Of a stretch of 64,000 nucleotides of DNA, positions 43,465 through 52,258 are shown piece by piece (within the stretch, counting starts at the first letter, position 1; each line of letters opens with the position of its first letter). The translations under genes and the position numbers were made by a program. The stretch lies in IMG/VR virus record IMGVR_UViG_3300045988_170068; one strand, 5' to 3'. The notes under the pieces are model-generated. The model saw only the letters and a program-made list of their open reading frames with translations. It made no database searches and had not been told where the DNA came from. Source of the stretch: a virus.

Positions 43465-44106
43465 ATGAAAGTTGTTGAAATATTCAAAAGCATTGACGGT
43501 GAAGGTAAGCGGGCTGGTATGCCCGCAACCTTCATTCGACTTGCTTTCTGTAATCTTCGATGCAGTTACTGCGATACTTCATATGCATTTGACGATAAAT
43601 GCGCTGAAGATATGACAGTTGATGAAATTGTACATAAGTGTATTGAGCTGGATTGTCCTTCTATTACAGTTACAGGTGGGGAACCTCTTATTCACAGAGA
43701 TGTTGAAATTCTGCTTGCTGAACTTGACAGAAACAACTTTGATGTAAATGTAGAAACAAATGGAACAATTGACCCATCTTATTACCATAAGCTAAAGAAT
43801 GTTTGGTTCACTATTGACTACAAGTCTCCGTCTAGTGGATGCGAAAATGCTATGAATCCTGAAGCATTCAAAACGCTTCGTCATCAAGATGTATTGAAAT
43901 TTGTAGTAGGAAGCGATGCAGATCTTGAAGCAGCACTGAAAGCTATTCGAGAATATAGACCTTCTGCCCAGGTTTACTTTAGCCCTGTATTTGGATATGA
44001 TGCAAAGAACATTGTAAACTTTCTTCTTTTCAATAAGTTGAATAGCTGCAAAATTCAGCTTCAGATACACAAATACATCTGGCCTGTAGATATGAGAGGT
44101 GTATGA
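43465..44106 (+). CDS. queE: 7-carboxy-7-deazaguanine synthase (radical SAM)
   Basis: EIFKSIDGEG and the CNLRCSYCDT cluster motif. Confidence 0.85.
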   Translation: MKVVEIFKSIDGEGKRAGMPATFIRLAFCNLRCSYCDTSYAFDDKCAEDMTVDEIVHKCIELDCPSITVTGGEPLIHRDVEILLAELDRNNFDVNVETNGTIDPSYYHKLKNVWFTIDYKSPSSGCENAMNPEAFKTLRHQDVLKFVVGSDADLEAALKAIREYRPSAQVYFSPVFGYDAKNIVNFLLFNKLNSCKIQLQIHKYIWPVDMRGV

Positions 44107-44330
44107 TGGACAAAGAAAAAGTGCAAGAAGCTGTAAGAAATCTTCTTATTGCTTTAGGAGAAGATTTTACTAGACCAGGTCTAGTAGAAACTCCTAAGAG
44201 AGTAGCGAAGTATTGGGAAGAATTACTTGAAGGTGAAAATTACACTAACAGGGAAATAGCTGATATGTTCAGGAAGGACTTCCAAGTAAGCTATGATTCA
44301 ATGGTTATCAAAGAGGGTGTAGTAGCATGA
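44103..44330 (+). pseudogene. N-terminal fragment (75 aa) of a second, divergent GTP cyclohydrolase I
   Basis: About 40% identical to residues 1-75 of the following FolE (LLIALGEDFTRPGLVETPKRVAKYWEELLEG vs [31 protein letters not shown]). Stops just before the catalytic core. ATGA overlap at both ends. Confidence 0.6.
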
Positions 44331-44902
44331 AAAATATTGATAAAAATAAAATTGAAGAGCTTACAAGAGAGTTCTTGATAGCTTTAGGCGATAATCCTGA
44401 CAGAGAAGGATTGAAGAAGACTCCAAATCGAGTTGCAAGAATGTGCGATGAATTGTTTGAAGGTATGATTTATACAAATGAGGAAATTGCACATAAGTTT
44501 GATACATGCTTCGAAGATCTAGAAACTGGAGATCTTGTAGTTGAAAGTAACATCCCTATTCATAGTTTTTGTGAACATCATTTAATGTTGATGTATGACA
44601 TGACTGTTGCAATTGGATACATTCCAAACGGAAGAGTAATTGGATTGAGCAAGCTAGCAAGAATTGCAGATATGGTTAGTAAAAGACTTCAGCTTCAAGA
44701 AAAAATTGGAACTGACATAGCAGAAATTCTATCAATCATCTTAAGAACTGAAGATATAATTGTAGTTATTCAAGGGAAACACGGATGCATGACAGCACGT
44801 GGAATTAAATCCAGAGAAGCAATAACTAGAACAGCTACACTTAGAGGAAGATTTGAATCAGATTCAGATCTAAGGTCTGAATTCTATTCGCTCATCAAAT
44901 AA
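44327..44902 (+). CDS. folE: GTP cyclohydrolase I
   Basis: SFCEHH zinc motif, [15 protein letters not shown] and VIQGKHGCM. Confidence 0.9.
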   Translation: MKNIDKNKIEELTREFLIALGDNPDREGLKKTPNRVARMCDELFEGMIYTNEEIAHKFDTCFEDLETGDLVVESNIPIHSFCEHHLMLMYDMTVAIGYIPNGRVIGLSKLARIADMVSKRLQLQEKIGTDIAEILSIILRTEDIIVVIQGKHGCMTARGIKSREAITRTATLRGRFESDSDLRSEFYSLIK

Positions 44903-44919
44903 ATAGCTTGAATCGTTAT

Positions 44920-44957
44920 TGTAGACGTACTAAAACATAGTGCGTCTACAATTTTTA
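44920..44957 (+). terminator. terminator
   Basis: TGTAGACG...CGTCTACA stem followed by ATTTTTA. Confidence 0.65.
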
Positions 44958-44970
44958 TAGGTGAAATATT

Positions 44971-45432
44971 ATGAAAACAGTAAGAATTTATACAGATGGG
45001 TCGTGTTTAGGTAATCCAGGTCCCGGAGGATGGGCAGCTTGCTTGAAATCAGATAAGCAGTACAAAGAGATTTCAGGTGGAACAAAACATACAACAAACA
45101 ATGCAATGGAACTTACAGCTATTTTAGAAGCGCTAAAATGCTTAAAGAAAGCTCCGCTAATAGTTGAAATCTATTCGGATTCTAAATATGCAGTAGATGC
45201 ATTCAGAAAAGATTGGATTTCAAATTGGAAAGCAAACGGATTTCTAAGGAATCCTATGAACCCTCACCCTGAATACATACCAAATGCTAAGCTATGGATG
45301 GGAATTTTAGAAGAAGTAGCTAAGCATGATGTCTATTTCAACTGGGTGAAAGGGCATTCGGAAGATGTAATGAATGAACGATGCGATCAGCTAGCTAAAG
45401 CTGCTGCACGGTGGTATCGTGATAACGGATAA
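44971..45432 (+). CDS. rnhA: ribonuclease HI
   Basis: IYTDGSCLGNPGPGGWA, NNAMELTA, YSDSKY and KGHSE..NERCDQLA. Confidence 0.85.
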   Translation: MKTVRIYTDGSCLGNPGPGGWAACLKSDKQYKEISGGTKHTTNNAMELTAILEALKCLKKAPLIVEIYSDSKYAVDAFRKDWISNWKANGFLRNPMNPHPEYIPNAKLWMGILEEVAKHDVYFNWVKGHSEDVMNERCDQLAKAAARWYRDNG

Positions 45433-45444
45433 GGAGCGAATCCT

Positions 45445-45915
45445 ATGAAAATATTTGCATTTGCAGATGCAAAAGATAACATAAAGAATAAATTGAAAGA
45501 CAAATCAGATGAGCTAGTTTATCATTTAGTTAAGATATTTATCTTTCCTAATTGCGGAATAACATCTCATTGGTGTCAAGAAGTATATGGATTTATTCAC
45601 TCTGTACCTAAAATGAAAAACAAAAATAAATTTCCAAAGAAGGAATTTATTTTTGACAACACTTTTGGAGTATGGGGTGACACAGTTGAATCCTGTATCA
45701 TAACTGCCATAAAAGATTATCCTAATCTAGTTCCAATGTTTAACAAAGAAAATGGATTAGGTGTTTGTGAAGCAGCAGTTAGAAAGTATTTTAATTGGCT
45801 TTCAGAAGAACTTTCTAACATTGGAAGAGTTGCATCGTCCGATGTATACAAGAAAATTGATTCACTGATTGAGGAGGTCATTCAAGAACTAGACAACAAT
45901 ACGCCTACTCTATGA
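45445..45915 (+). CDS. hypothetical protein
   Basis: 156-aa ORF with AAGGAG upstream. Confidence 0.5.
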   Translation: MKIFAFADAKDNIKNKLKDKSDELVYHLVKIFIFPNCGITSHWCQEVYGFIHSVPKMKNKNKFPKKEFIFDNTFGVWGDTVESCIITAIKDYPNLVPMFNKENGLGVCEAAVRKYFNWLSEELSNIGRVASSDVYKKIDSLIEEVIQELDNNTPTL

Positions 45916-45927
45916 AAAATAAAGAAA

Positions 45928-46413
45928 ATGGAGAAACTAAATATGTATGTTAAGGATTTTATGATTGGTTCTGCTGCTGAAGCGATTCAGACAATGACTA
46001 AGAAGTATGGTGGTCCGTTTGGTGCTGCTGTTGTAAAAAATGGAAAGGTAATAGCTATCTGCTCTAATACTGTACTGAGGGATCATGATCCAACTGCGCA
46101 TGCAGAAGTCAACGCCATCCGAAAAGCATGCCAGGTGTTAAATACACATGACCTAAGCGGATGTGAGCTTTATGCAACTGGCTCACCTTGTCCTATGTGT
46201 ATTAGCGCAATCATCTGGGCAAATATTAAGACTGTTTACTATTCTGGTAAGTATGAAGATTGCAAAAATATCGGGTTCAGAGATGACCACATCTTCAAAT
46301 TTATTCAAGAAGGCGCAAAGGATGAAAATGTAGTCAAGCTTGAACTTCACGATAATGATATTGCAAAAAGTATGTACAATATGTATTATGCAATGTCTGG
46401 AACAATCTACTAA
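45928..46413 (+). CDS. CDA-fold zinc deaminase, guanine-deaminase (GuaD)-like
   Basis: GGPFGAAVVKNGKVIA..DPTAHAEVNAIRKAC...SPCPMCISAI resembles the Bacillus GuaD pattern as I recall it. The start could be ATG 45943. Confidence 0.65.
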   Translation: MEKLNMYVKDFMIGSAAEAIQTMTKKYGGPFGAAVVKNGKVIAICSNTVLRDHDPTAHAEVNAIRKACQVLNTHDLSGCELYATGSPCPMCISAIIWANIKTVYYSGKYEDCKNIGFRDDHIFKFIQEGAKDENVVKLELHDNDIAKSMYNMYYAMSGTIY

Positions 46414-46442
46414 TTGAGGCGAAATTAAGTTATAAATTTAGA

Positions 46443-46478
46443 TAGCTGTGATAATTGAATTTATCACAGCTAATTTTT
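46443..46478 (+). terminator. rho-independent terminator
   Basis: 12-bp stem TAGCTGTGATAA/TTATCACAGCTA followed by ATTTTT. Confidence 0.8.
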
Positions 46479-46538
46479 GATTTTTAACTAATATTAAATT
46501 TATCGTTATTGATATTAAATTTAATGGAGGATATAAGC

Positions 46539-46895
46539 ATGTATGATTTAATGACTTCAAAATTTGATGTAGATGAACATATCAAAAACTATCCTTTTTA
46601 CACAGAGATTGTTATCTTTCCTGACGGACATGTTGAATATGCAACTCCTTCACATCAAGAAAAGCTCTGTCAAGTTTTAAGCAAAATGAAGAACTGGACA
46701 AGACAAGAAGTTATTGACAATACTCCAAAAGAACATTACTTTGACTGGATGACATGGCTGTTAAACGAAACTAGATGTATTTCTGTTTGGTATGATTTCA
46801 TCTTGACACCAGAAGAAGTTACTGATGCACAGACAAAGACAATAGCAATGCTTATTCAGAAAAAGGCAATCAAAATATCAAAAACAGTTCAATGA
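46539..46895 (+). CDS. hypothetical protein
   Basis: ATG 46539 lies 8 nt after GGAGG. Confidence 0.5.
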   Translation: MYDLMTSKFDVDEHIKNYPFYTEIVIFPDGHVEYATPSHQEKLCQVLSKMKNWTRQEVIDNTPKEHYFDWMTWLLNETRCISVWYDFILTPEEVTDAQTKTIAMLIQKKAIKISKTVQ

Positions 46896-46938
46896 ACCTC
46901 ATATAATTGTAAATAAAAATGTAATGAGGTGAAATAAT

Positions 46939-47322
46939 TTGAAAATCCTCATAAGATATCCTGAAATACTATGCTGTCAAATATTTGATTCCAATCATAG
47001 GAAAGAAACAATAAAATGTGCAATTTCCACTAGAGATATCACTAAAGGTATGACAAGATGCAGATCATCTAACATGTGGGGATATACTTTGAATGTAAGA
47101 AACAAAGGTGATAAAGAAGGAGATCTATTCATACAATTCAAAGGCAAAAATGGCGGACCTGATGATATCTACATATATTATGATGTCCCAATAAGGCTGT
47201 ATAGAAAATTAGTAACTGTACCATCTAAAGGACATTTTTTCTGGCAATACATTAGAAATAATTATAAGTACTCGAAGTTGACTGGAAACAAACGTGGTGT
47301 TTTACCTAATGCAATAAATTGA
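46939..47322 (+). CDS. KTSC-domain protein
   Basis: SSNMWGYTL..LFIQFKG..IYIYYDVPIRLYRKLVTVPSKGHFFWQYIRNNYKY. TTG start follows GAGGTGA. Confidence 0.55.
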   Translation: MKILIRYPEILCCQIFDSNHRKETIKCAISTRDITKGMTRCRSSNMWGYTLNVRNKGDKEGDLFIQFKGKNGGPDDIYIYYDVPIRLYRKLVTVPSKGHFFWQYIRNNYKYSKLTGNKRGVLPNAIN

Positions 47323-47332
47323 GGAAAATGAA

Positions 47333-47827
47333 ATGAAAATGAAAAGATATAAATCAACAAAGCTACAATCAGTAACAGCTGCTTCTAATGTAGGAACAAC
47401 ATATTACAGAGCTACATTAGGCACTGTTGTTCAAACACTTGCAAGAAATGATGCAAACCTTTTTCTCCTTTATCTGATTGAAGAATATGGATTTGACGCT
47501 CTAGACTTCAAGAAGCACATGTTTGGAAGTGCTGTTGTTGAAGAAAACAACGAAGATGTAATCTATATTTGTGTTACAGACGGATATGAAATTGAAGTAG
47601 ATGGAGAAATGGTTGATCCGGAAGAAGCACTCGAGAATTATGCTCCTATCTATCTTGAAAATCATATTCAAGATGCAAATGATGATGTTATAATGAAAAA
47701 CATAACTCCTTACGAACTATCAGATTTTGACGAGTCTTCCGTTGCAAGGGGCATACTTATAACCTATGATGTTAGCTTCAAGAAAGTAGTTTCTGATTTT
47801 GAAGAAATTGAAAATATGAATAGATAA
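47333..47827 (+). CDS. hypothetical acidic protein
   Basis: 164-aa ORF. Confidence 0.5.
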   Translation: MKMKRYKSTKLQSVTAASNVGTTYYRATLGTVVQTLARNDANLFLLYLIEEYGFDALDFKKHMFGSAVVEENNEDVIYICVTDGYEIEVDGEMVDPEEALENYAPIYLENHIQDANDDVIMKNITPYELSDFDESSVARGILITYDVSFKKVVSDFEEIENMNR

Positions 47828-47882
47828 GAATCGTTATTATATTTGAACATATCAAGACTATTCAAATTGAGGATATTCAAAT

Positions 47883-48110
47883 ATGAACAATGAAATGTTT
47901 TCTATCAAGTTCAAAGGCATTGTTTATGATGACGCCTGGAGAGATAAAGCAGGGCACATTTGGTTTGGCAGTAACAAATATGAATATGTTCCTGTCAATA
48001 GTATTTTCAATAGACCTGAACATTTAATTATTCACAATTTCGTTCAGACTGAATTCGGTTTTTCTTTGAAGCCAAAAACATCATACGCAAAGATCAAAAT
48101 TTTAGATTAA
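47883..48110 (+). CDS. hypothetical protein
   Basis: 75-aa ORF with GAGGA upstream. Confidence 0.45.
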   Translation: MNNEMFSIKFKGIVYDDAWRDKAGHIWFGSNKYEYVPVNSIFNRPEHLIIHNFVQTEFGFSLKPKTSYAKIKILD

Positions 48111-48123
48111 AATAAGAATCGTT

Positions 48124-48166
48124 AAATACATTGCAAGCAGAATAGTTTGCAATGTATTTTTATTTT
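48124..48166 (+). terminator. rho-independent terminator
   Basis: 13-bp stem AAATACATTGCAA/TTGCAATGTATTT followed by a T-rich tail. Confidence 0.8.
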
Positions 48167-48292
48167 GAGGTGATGCTACTAGAAATTTGAAAAGATATGA
48201 TAGCCAATATAGGATTACACATCAACACATTAACTAATGATCTGCGCCAATCTCGCAATGATCGCAACCTATCAAGAAAGGAATATTTATCA

Positions 48293-48940
48293 ATGGATGT
48301 AGTAAAGAATATGCGAGGAAGTATCTGGTGGTTGAAAGATGAATTTGATAAATACAAAGGAGAAAGAGGAATCCTTAGAGGTTCTCGTCCTGTTATCATT
48401 ATCAACAATCCTGCCAATGAAAATGATAATTGCACCATCACATATCTTCCTATTTCTAAATGCGAATCTCATGCAGGTGATGATAGCCTTATTCAGATGT
48501 TCTATCAGGTACCTATTCAGATTCCCGGTAACAAGTCAAGTTATGTTTGCTGTAACAGCATCATGACTACAACTACTCTTCATCTTGGAGAGTATATTGG
48601 TCAAATTTCTGAAAGTAAACTGAACGAAGTAGAAGCTGAATTGATGAGATATCTTTCTCTTTCTGAAAAAGTCATCACAAGGGAAGTAGTTAAGGAAGTA
48701 AAAAAATCAGAAGATGCTACCAAAACAACTTCTTTCTCAATTACAGACGCAGTTGCTTGTCCGGAACTCAAGAAAGTATTTTCTAACTGCACTGAAATTG
48801 CTAAGGAACTTGATTGCTCTCCTGCTTCTATCAGCAAAGCAAGCAGATGGGGAAGCAAACTGATGCACAAATACACTGTGTTTAAGGTAGCAAACGCTAC
48901 TGGAAACTATATTGGCAAAACTAAGGAGGAAACTAAATGA
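48293..48940 (+). CDS. PemK/MazF-like fold protein with C-terminal HTH-like module
   Basis: RGSIWWLKDEF..GSRPVIIINNP...ITYLPISK matches the PemK pattern G.I.w......RP.lv.s......v.piT. C-terminal VFSNCTEIAKELDCSPASISKA. ATG 48293 is preferred over the track start at 48197. Confidence 0.4.
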   Translation: MDVVKNMRGSIWWLKDEFDKYKGERGILRGSRPVIIINNPANENDNCTITYLPISKCESHAGDDSLIQMFYQVPIQIPGNKSSYVCCNSIMTTTTLHLGEYIGQISESKLNEVEAELMRYLSLSEKVITREVVKEVKKSEDATKTTSFSITDAVACPELKKVFSNCTEIAKELDCSPASISKASRWGSKLMHKYTVFKVANATGNYIGKTKEETK

Positions 48941-49905
48941 GCGAATTACTCTATATTCCTGGTATTCTTTGGCAAGACCTAGGAACAAGAACTGATCCAG
49001 AATGCACAACTATTGACAGCTTGATCAAGAAATCTGGTGCTAACTACACTGTATCTGCATACAAAATGTATACAGAAGTTACAAACAGCGTAGAAGGTTA
49101 TCATGCTGTATACAGAGATGATGACAAGCGTCTTATGTGTGTAGTAAATAATTACTACCCTCAAATCATTCAAAATGGCTTTACATTTTCTATCATGAAA
49201 CCGTTACTTGCAGCAAATCTAGTTTCTCTTGAATTTGTATCTGTTGCAGCTGGAGGGCTTTATCATTACGGTGTATTCAAATCTACAAAGACATACAAAA
49301 TTCTTGACGAAGACATTGAGCATTATTTCCTTGTCGTAAACGACCATAGCAAGCCAGATGGAAAAGTAGCAGTATATAACCTTCCTGTAAGAAAGAAGAA
49401 TAAAACAATCCTCCTTTGTTCAATGACGAATAGTGCATACAAGCTTCGTATGCCGGTTTCTGAAGACGAAAAGTCAAATGAGGCTATTGCAAGCATGATC
49501 ATGTCTTCAGTTGATGACGCATTTCTTTGGTGTGAAATCAAGCTGAAGAAGCTACATGAAAAAGCTATTGATCTTGAAGAAGTTACTAAAGTAATGGACG
49601 AGCTTTTTCCATATGTCTCTACTTCTGATGGAGAAATTCTTGATACGAAAGCAAACGAAAAATTAGACGAACTTAGAAGTACTTTCCAAGAATGTATTGA
49701 TTCGGATGATAATGATCAGTACAGACAGACTGCACTGTATATTTACTTTGGTATGTTGGATTACACACAGCACTATTGGAACGATGCAGGAAAGGGATAT
49801 GACATCAACAAGAAAATGACTATTGTACCAGGATTTTTCGCTTCTATCGATACAGAAGGTGCAAAGGTAGGAAAACTAATGAAAATGATATATCCTAAGA
49901 AGTAA
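48937..49905 (+). CDS. hypothetical protein (possibly DUF932-like)
   Basis: 322-aa ORF with AAGGAGG upstream. Family guess is weak. Confidence 0.5.
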   Translation: MSELLYIPGILWQDLGTRTDPECTTIDSLIKKSGANYTVSAYKMYTEVTNSVEGYHAVYRDDDKRLMCVVNNYYPQIIQNGFTFSIMKPLLAANLVSLEFVSVAAGGLYHYGVFKSTKTYKILDEDIEHYFLVVNDHSKPDGKVAVYNLPVRKKNKTILLCSMTNSAYKLRMPVSEDEKSNEAIASMIMSSVDDAFLWCEIKLKKLHEKAIDLEEVTKVMDELFPYVSTSDGEILDTKANEKLDELRSTFQECIDSDDNDQYRQTALYIYFGMLDYTQHYWNDAGKGYDINKKMTIVPGFFASIDTEGAKVGKLMKMIYPKK

Positions 49906-49921
49906 AAATTTCAAAAATATA

Positions 49922-49954
49922 AGAGATGGGCTAAAAGTCCATCTCTTTTTATTT
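49922..49954. terminator. bidirectional terminator between convergent genes
   Basis: AGAGATGG-GCTAAAAGT-CCATCTCT followed by TTTTATTT, with an A-rich 5' flank. Confidence 0.75.
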
Positions 49955-49961
49955 ATGTAAA

Positions 49962-50726
49962 TCAGAAAGCTTCTCTAAGATCCTGGCTCGATCTTAATCT
50001 AGAATACAGTATTGTTTCTGCTGTTTTTAGTTTACCACGAATAGTCCTATCATCTATTCCATAGATATCACAAATTTCAAAAATATCGTTGTTTGTAAGT
50101 TTCCTTTCTCTGTCTATCATCTCTCTTATCAATAATTCTTCCACTGTATCATATTTATCAGTAAGTTCTTCATCAAATTTACTAAAAGATCCTTCTTCTG
50201 AAGATAAAAATGGTTCATGATTGTCTAAATCTGCTATATAAAGTGTTCCAAATATCGCCTTCAAAGAATTCATCTTTTCGGTAGGTAAATTTAATCTTGG
50301 ATCCATAAGATCATCGTACTTTACCTGTCCCCAGTGTTTGCCAAGTTGTTTTCCTACCTCCATACATAGAGAACGACGTATAGAATATTTAACTTCATTC
50401 AGCTCTCTTTCTATCATCTCTCCTACACGGAGTTTGAAAAACACAGTAAAAGAAAGATCGCACCGGTATCCTTTATGAGTTTCATCACCCTGCCATAGAT
50501 ACCACCACCAGCATTCGCAAAAGTGTAGCAAGGCTGACTGAAGCTTATCTTCGTATGTAACAGAAGTATTGTTTATGAATGTATGTGATGCTATGTACCC
50601 GAAAAAAGAATAGTTAAGTTCAATTACTCTGTCACGTACATCTGTACGTTTCATGCGAAGTTCTTTTTCTTGAGGAAGGGATTGATATAGTCGTATAGTT
50701 TCTTCTTTGATTTCTTTCATATTCAT
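49962..50726 (-). CDS. sigma-70-family-like transcription factor
   Basis: Region-2-like RDRVIELNYSFFGYIASH. C-terminal region-4-like HTH LTNNDIFEICDIYGIDDRTIRGKLKTAETILYSRL. One of only three minus-strand genes. Confidence 0.45.
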   Translation of the reverse strand: MNMKEIKEETIRLYQSLPQEKELRMKRTDVRDRVIELNYSFFGYIASHTFINNTSVTYEDKLQSALLHFCECWWWYLWQGDETHKGYRCDLSFTVFFKLRVGEMIERELNEVKYSIRRSLCMEVGKQLGKHWGQVKYDDLMDPRLNLPTEKMNSLKAIFGTLYIADLDNHEPFLSSEEGSFSKFDEELTDKYDTVEELLIREMIDRERKLTNNDIFEICDIYGIDDRTIRGKLKTAETILYSRLRSSQDLREAF

Positions 50727-51059
50727 AAACAACAACTCACTTTATTTTTCAATTTTGTATTCGCACCTAAAAACCCAACCTTTGATAATCTTGAATGCAC
50801 AATTATTTTCTTCAATATTATTATATTTAACAGAAATAAGAAAGTCAATAGAATTTTGAATATTTATTTGATTTTATTTATTTTATGTATTTGAAAACAC
50901 TAGAATAAACTTAAACTATTAACGAATCGTAAATTTTTTATAAATTTTTAGTTCTTTATGATTTGATTAGAATCATATAATAAGTAAAATGTAATGATGA
51001 ATATTTTCAGCACAATCAAATCAACAACATATTGATATTCTTCATTCCTTTAACCGAAT

Positions 51060-51560
51060 GTAGATAAGTGTCAAAACAATGTAAATTTACCAGAATAGTC
51101 AAAATTGAAGATAAATGAATATTCATAGATAAAATCAATTTAACATAAAATTTGAAATAAAATGTAAATTTAACTGGATTTGAATTTTCAATATTATTTC
51201 AAATTGATAGTTCAATATTTAATATTCTTTCAAATTCAGTAAAATTGGTACATTTTGAATATCACATAATCTTTCAATTTCAATCTAAATATCTCATATT
51301 ATTTCAAATTGAAGGAAAAAGGTCAATTTCTTAATATCTCTAAATCTTTCAATTTCATTCAAATTTTCAAAATATTTCAGTTTGTAAATATCACATAATC
51401 TTTCATATTCATTCAATTTGAAATAAACTGTAAAATTCAGTGCTTCATTCAAATTTTCATATTTTAGAATATTTAATGAAATTGAAAGAAAATGAAAATT
51501 TCAAATTCACATATAATTTCAATTTGATTTCAATTTGAAAGATTTTTCCAGTTTCATCTC
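51060..51560. repeat. AT-rich iteron cluster (candidate replication origin / regulatory hub)
   Basis: Direct repeats: AATATCACATAATCTTTCA at 51258 and 51387. TTCATTCAAATTTTCA at 51354 and 51444. ATTATTTCAAATTGA at 51193 and 51298. No credible ORF. Confidence 0.5.
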
Positions 51561-51801
51561 GCATATATAATATCTTTTGAGATAATAGAGTGAATGAAAT
51601 GAACGATATAAAGAGAAAAAGAAATAATTGAGATAAGGATATAATAGCGCCTCGCCACTCCAGAAATAAAAAATAAGCTCGCAAAGCTCGCATAGAACGC
51701 TTTACGATGTGAACATAAATTTGCTATTTATAGCCGGAACCGAACCGCATTGACCTTTATGTTAGCGAGCAAAAAAAATTCAAAAATTTTCAAGAAAGGT
51801 A

Positions 51802-51830
51802 TTGACTTTTCGACAAATAGGCATTATACT
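51802..51830 (+). promoter_or_regulatory. sigma-A-type promoter (TTGACT-17-TATACT)
   Basis: AAAGGTATTGACTTTT is shared with the promoter at 59377. 17-nt spacer. Confidence 0.65.
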
Positions 51831-52258
51831 ATGCGTGTAGGTTAAGCTAACTGATGAACACTTCGTTTTCAGTTAGCAAAAGTAGCTGCAGCGAAGAGCT
51901 CACCTAGTTGATATAGATAGACCATTGAAGAAGAATCGTTATTCTACTTGCACCTGGTCATAAATTTTCAAACAAAATACATAGTCAAAGTTGGTTCACA
52001 TGGAGTGCCAATTTTGTACTCCCTATCAGTTAATTCAGATTGCTACTGAGCGAAGTGACTGCTTTATATCCGTCAGGGTATCAAGCAGGTCAGTAGGAAT
52101 AAGGATTAACAGGAAAACAGCAGTTTAGTAAGATAGGGCGGAGACGCATAAGCGTACCTTCGTCGTCAGGTGTTCGCTGCACATGACAGCTATTCTGAAA
52201 TCTGCTGGTAGTGAGTGCAAAATTGACACTCTATTTGCTTTATACGGAGGAAATTTGA
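51831..52258 (+). ncRNA. ~430-nt ORF-free leader between a strong promoter and the first replication-module gene
   Basis: No ORF. Contains hairpins such as AGCTAACTGA..TCAGTTAGC, plus an internal AATCGTTAT box at 51933. Confidence 0.3.

Noticed and set aside
51457-51693. 78-aa minus-strand ORF in the AT-rich region.
   Set aside because: It is a low-complexity translation of iteron repeats with no SD.
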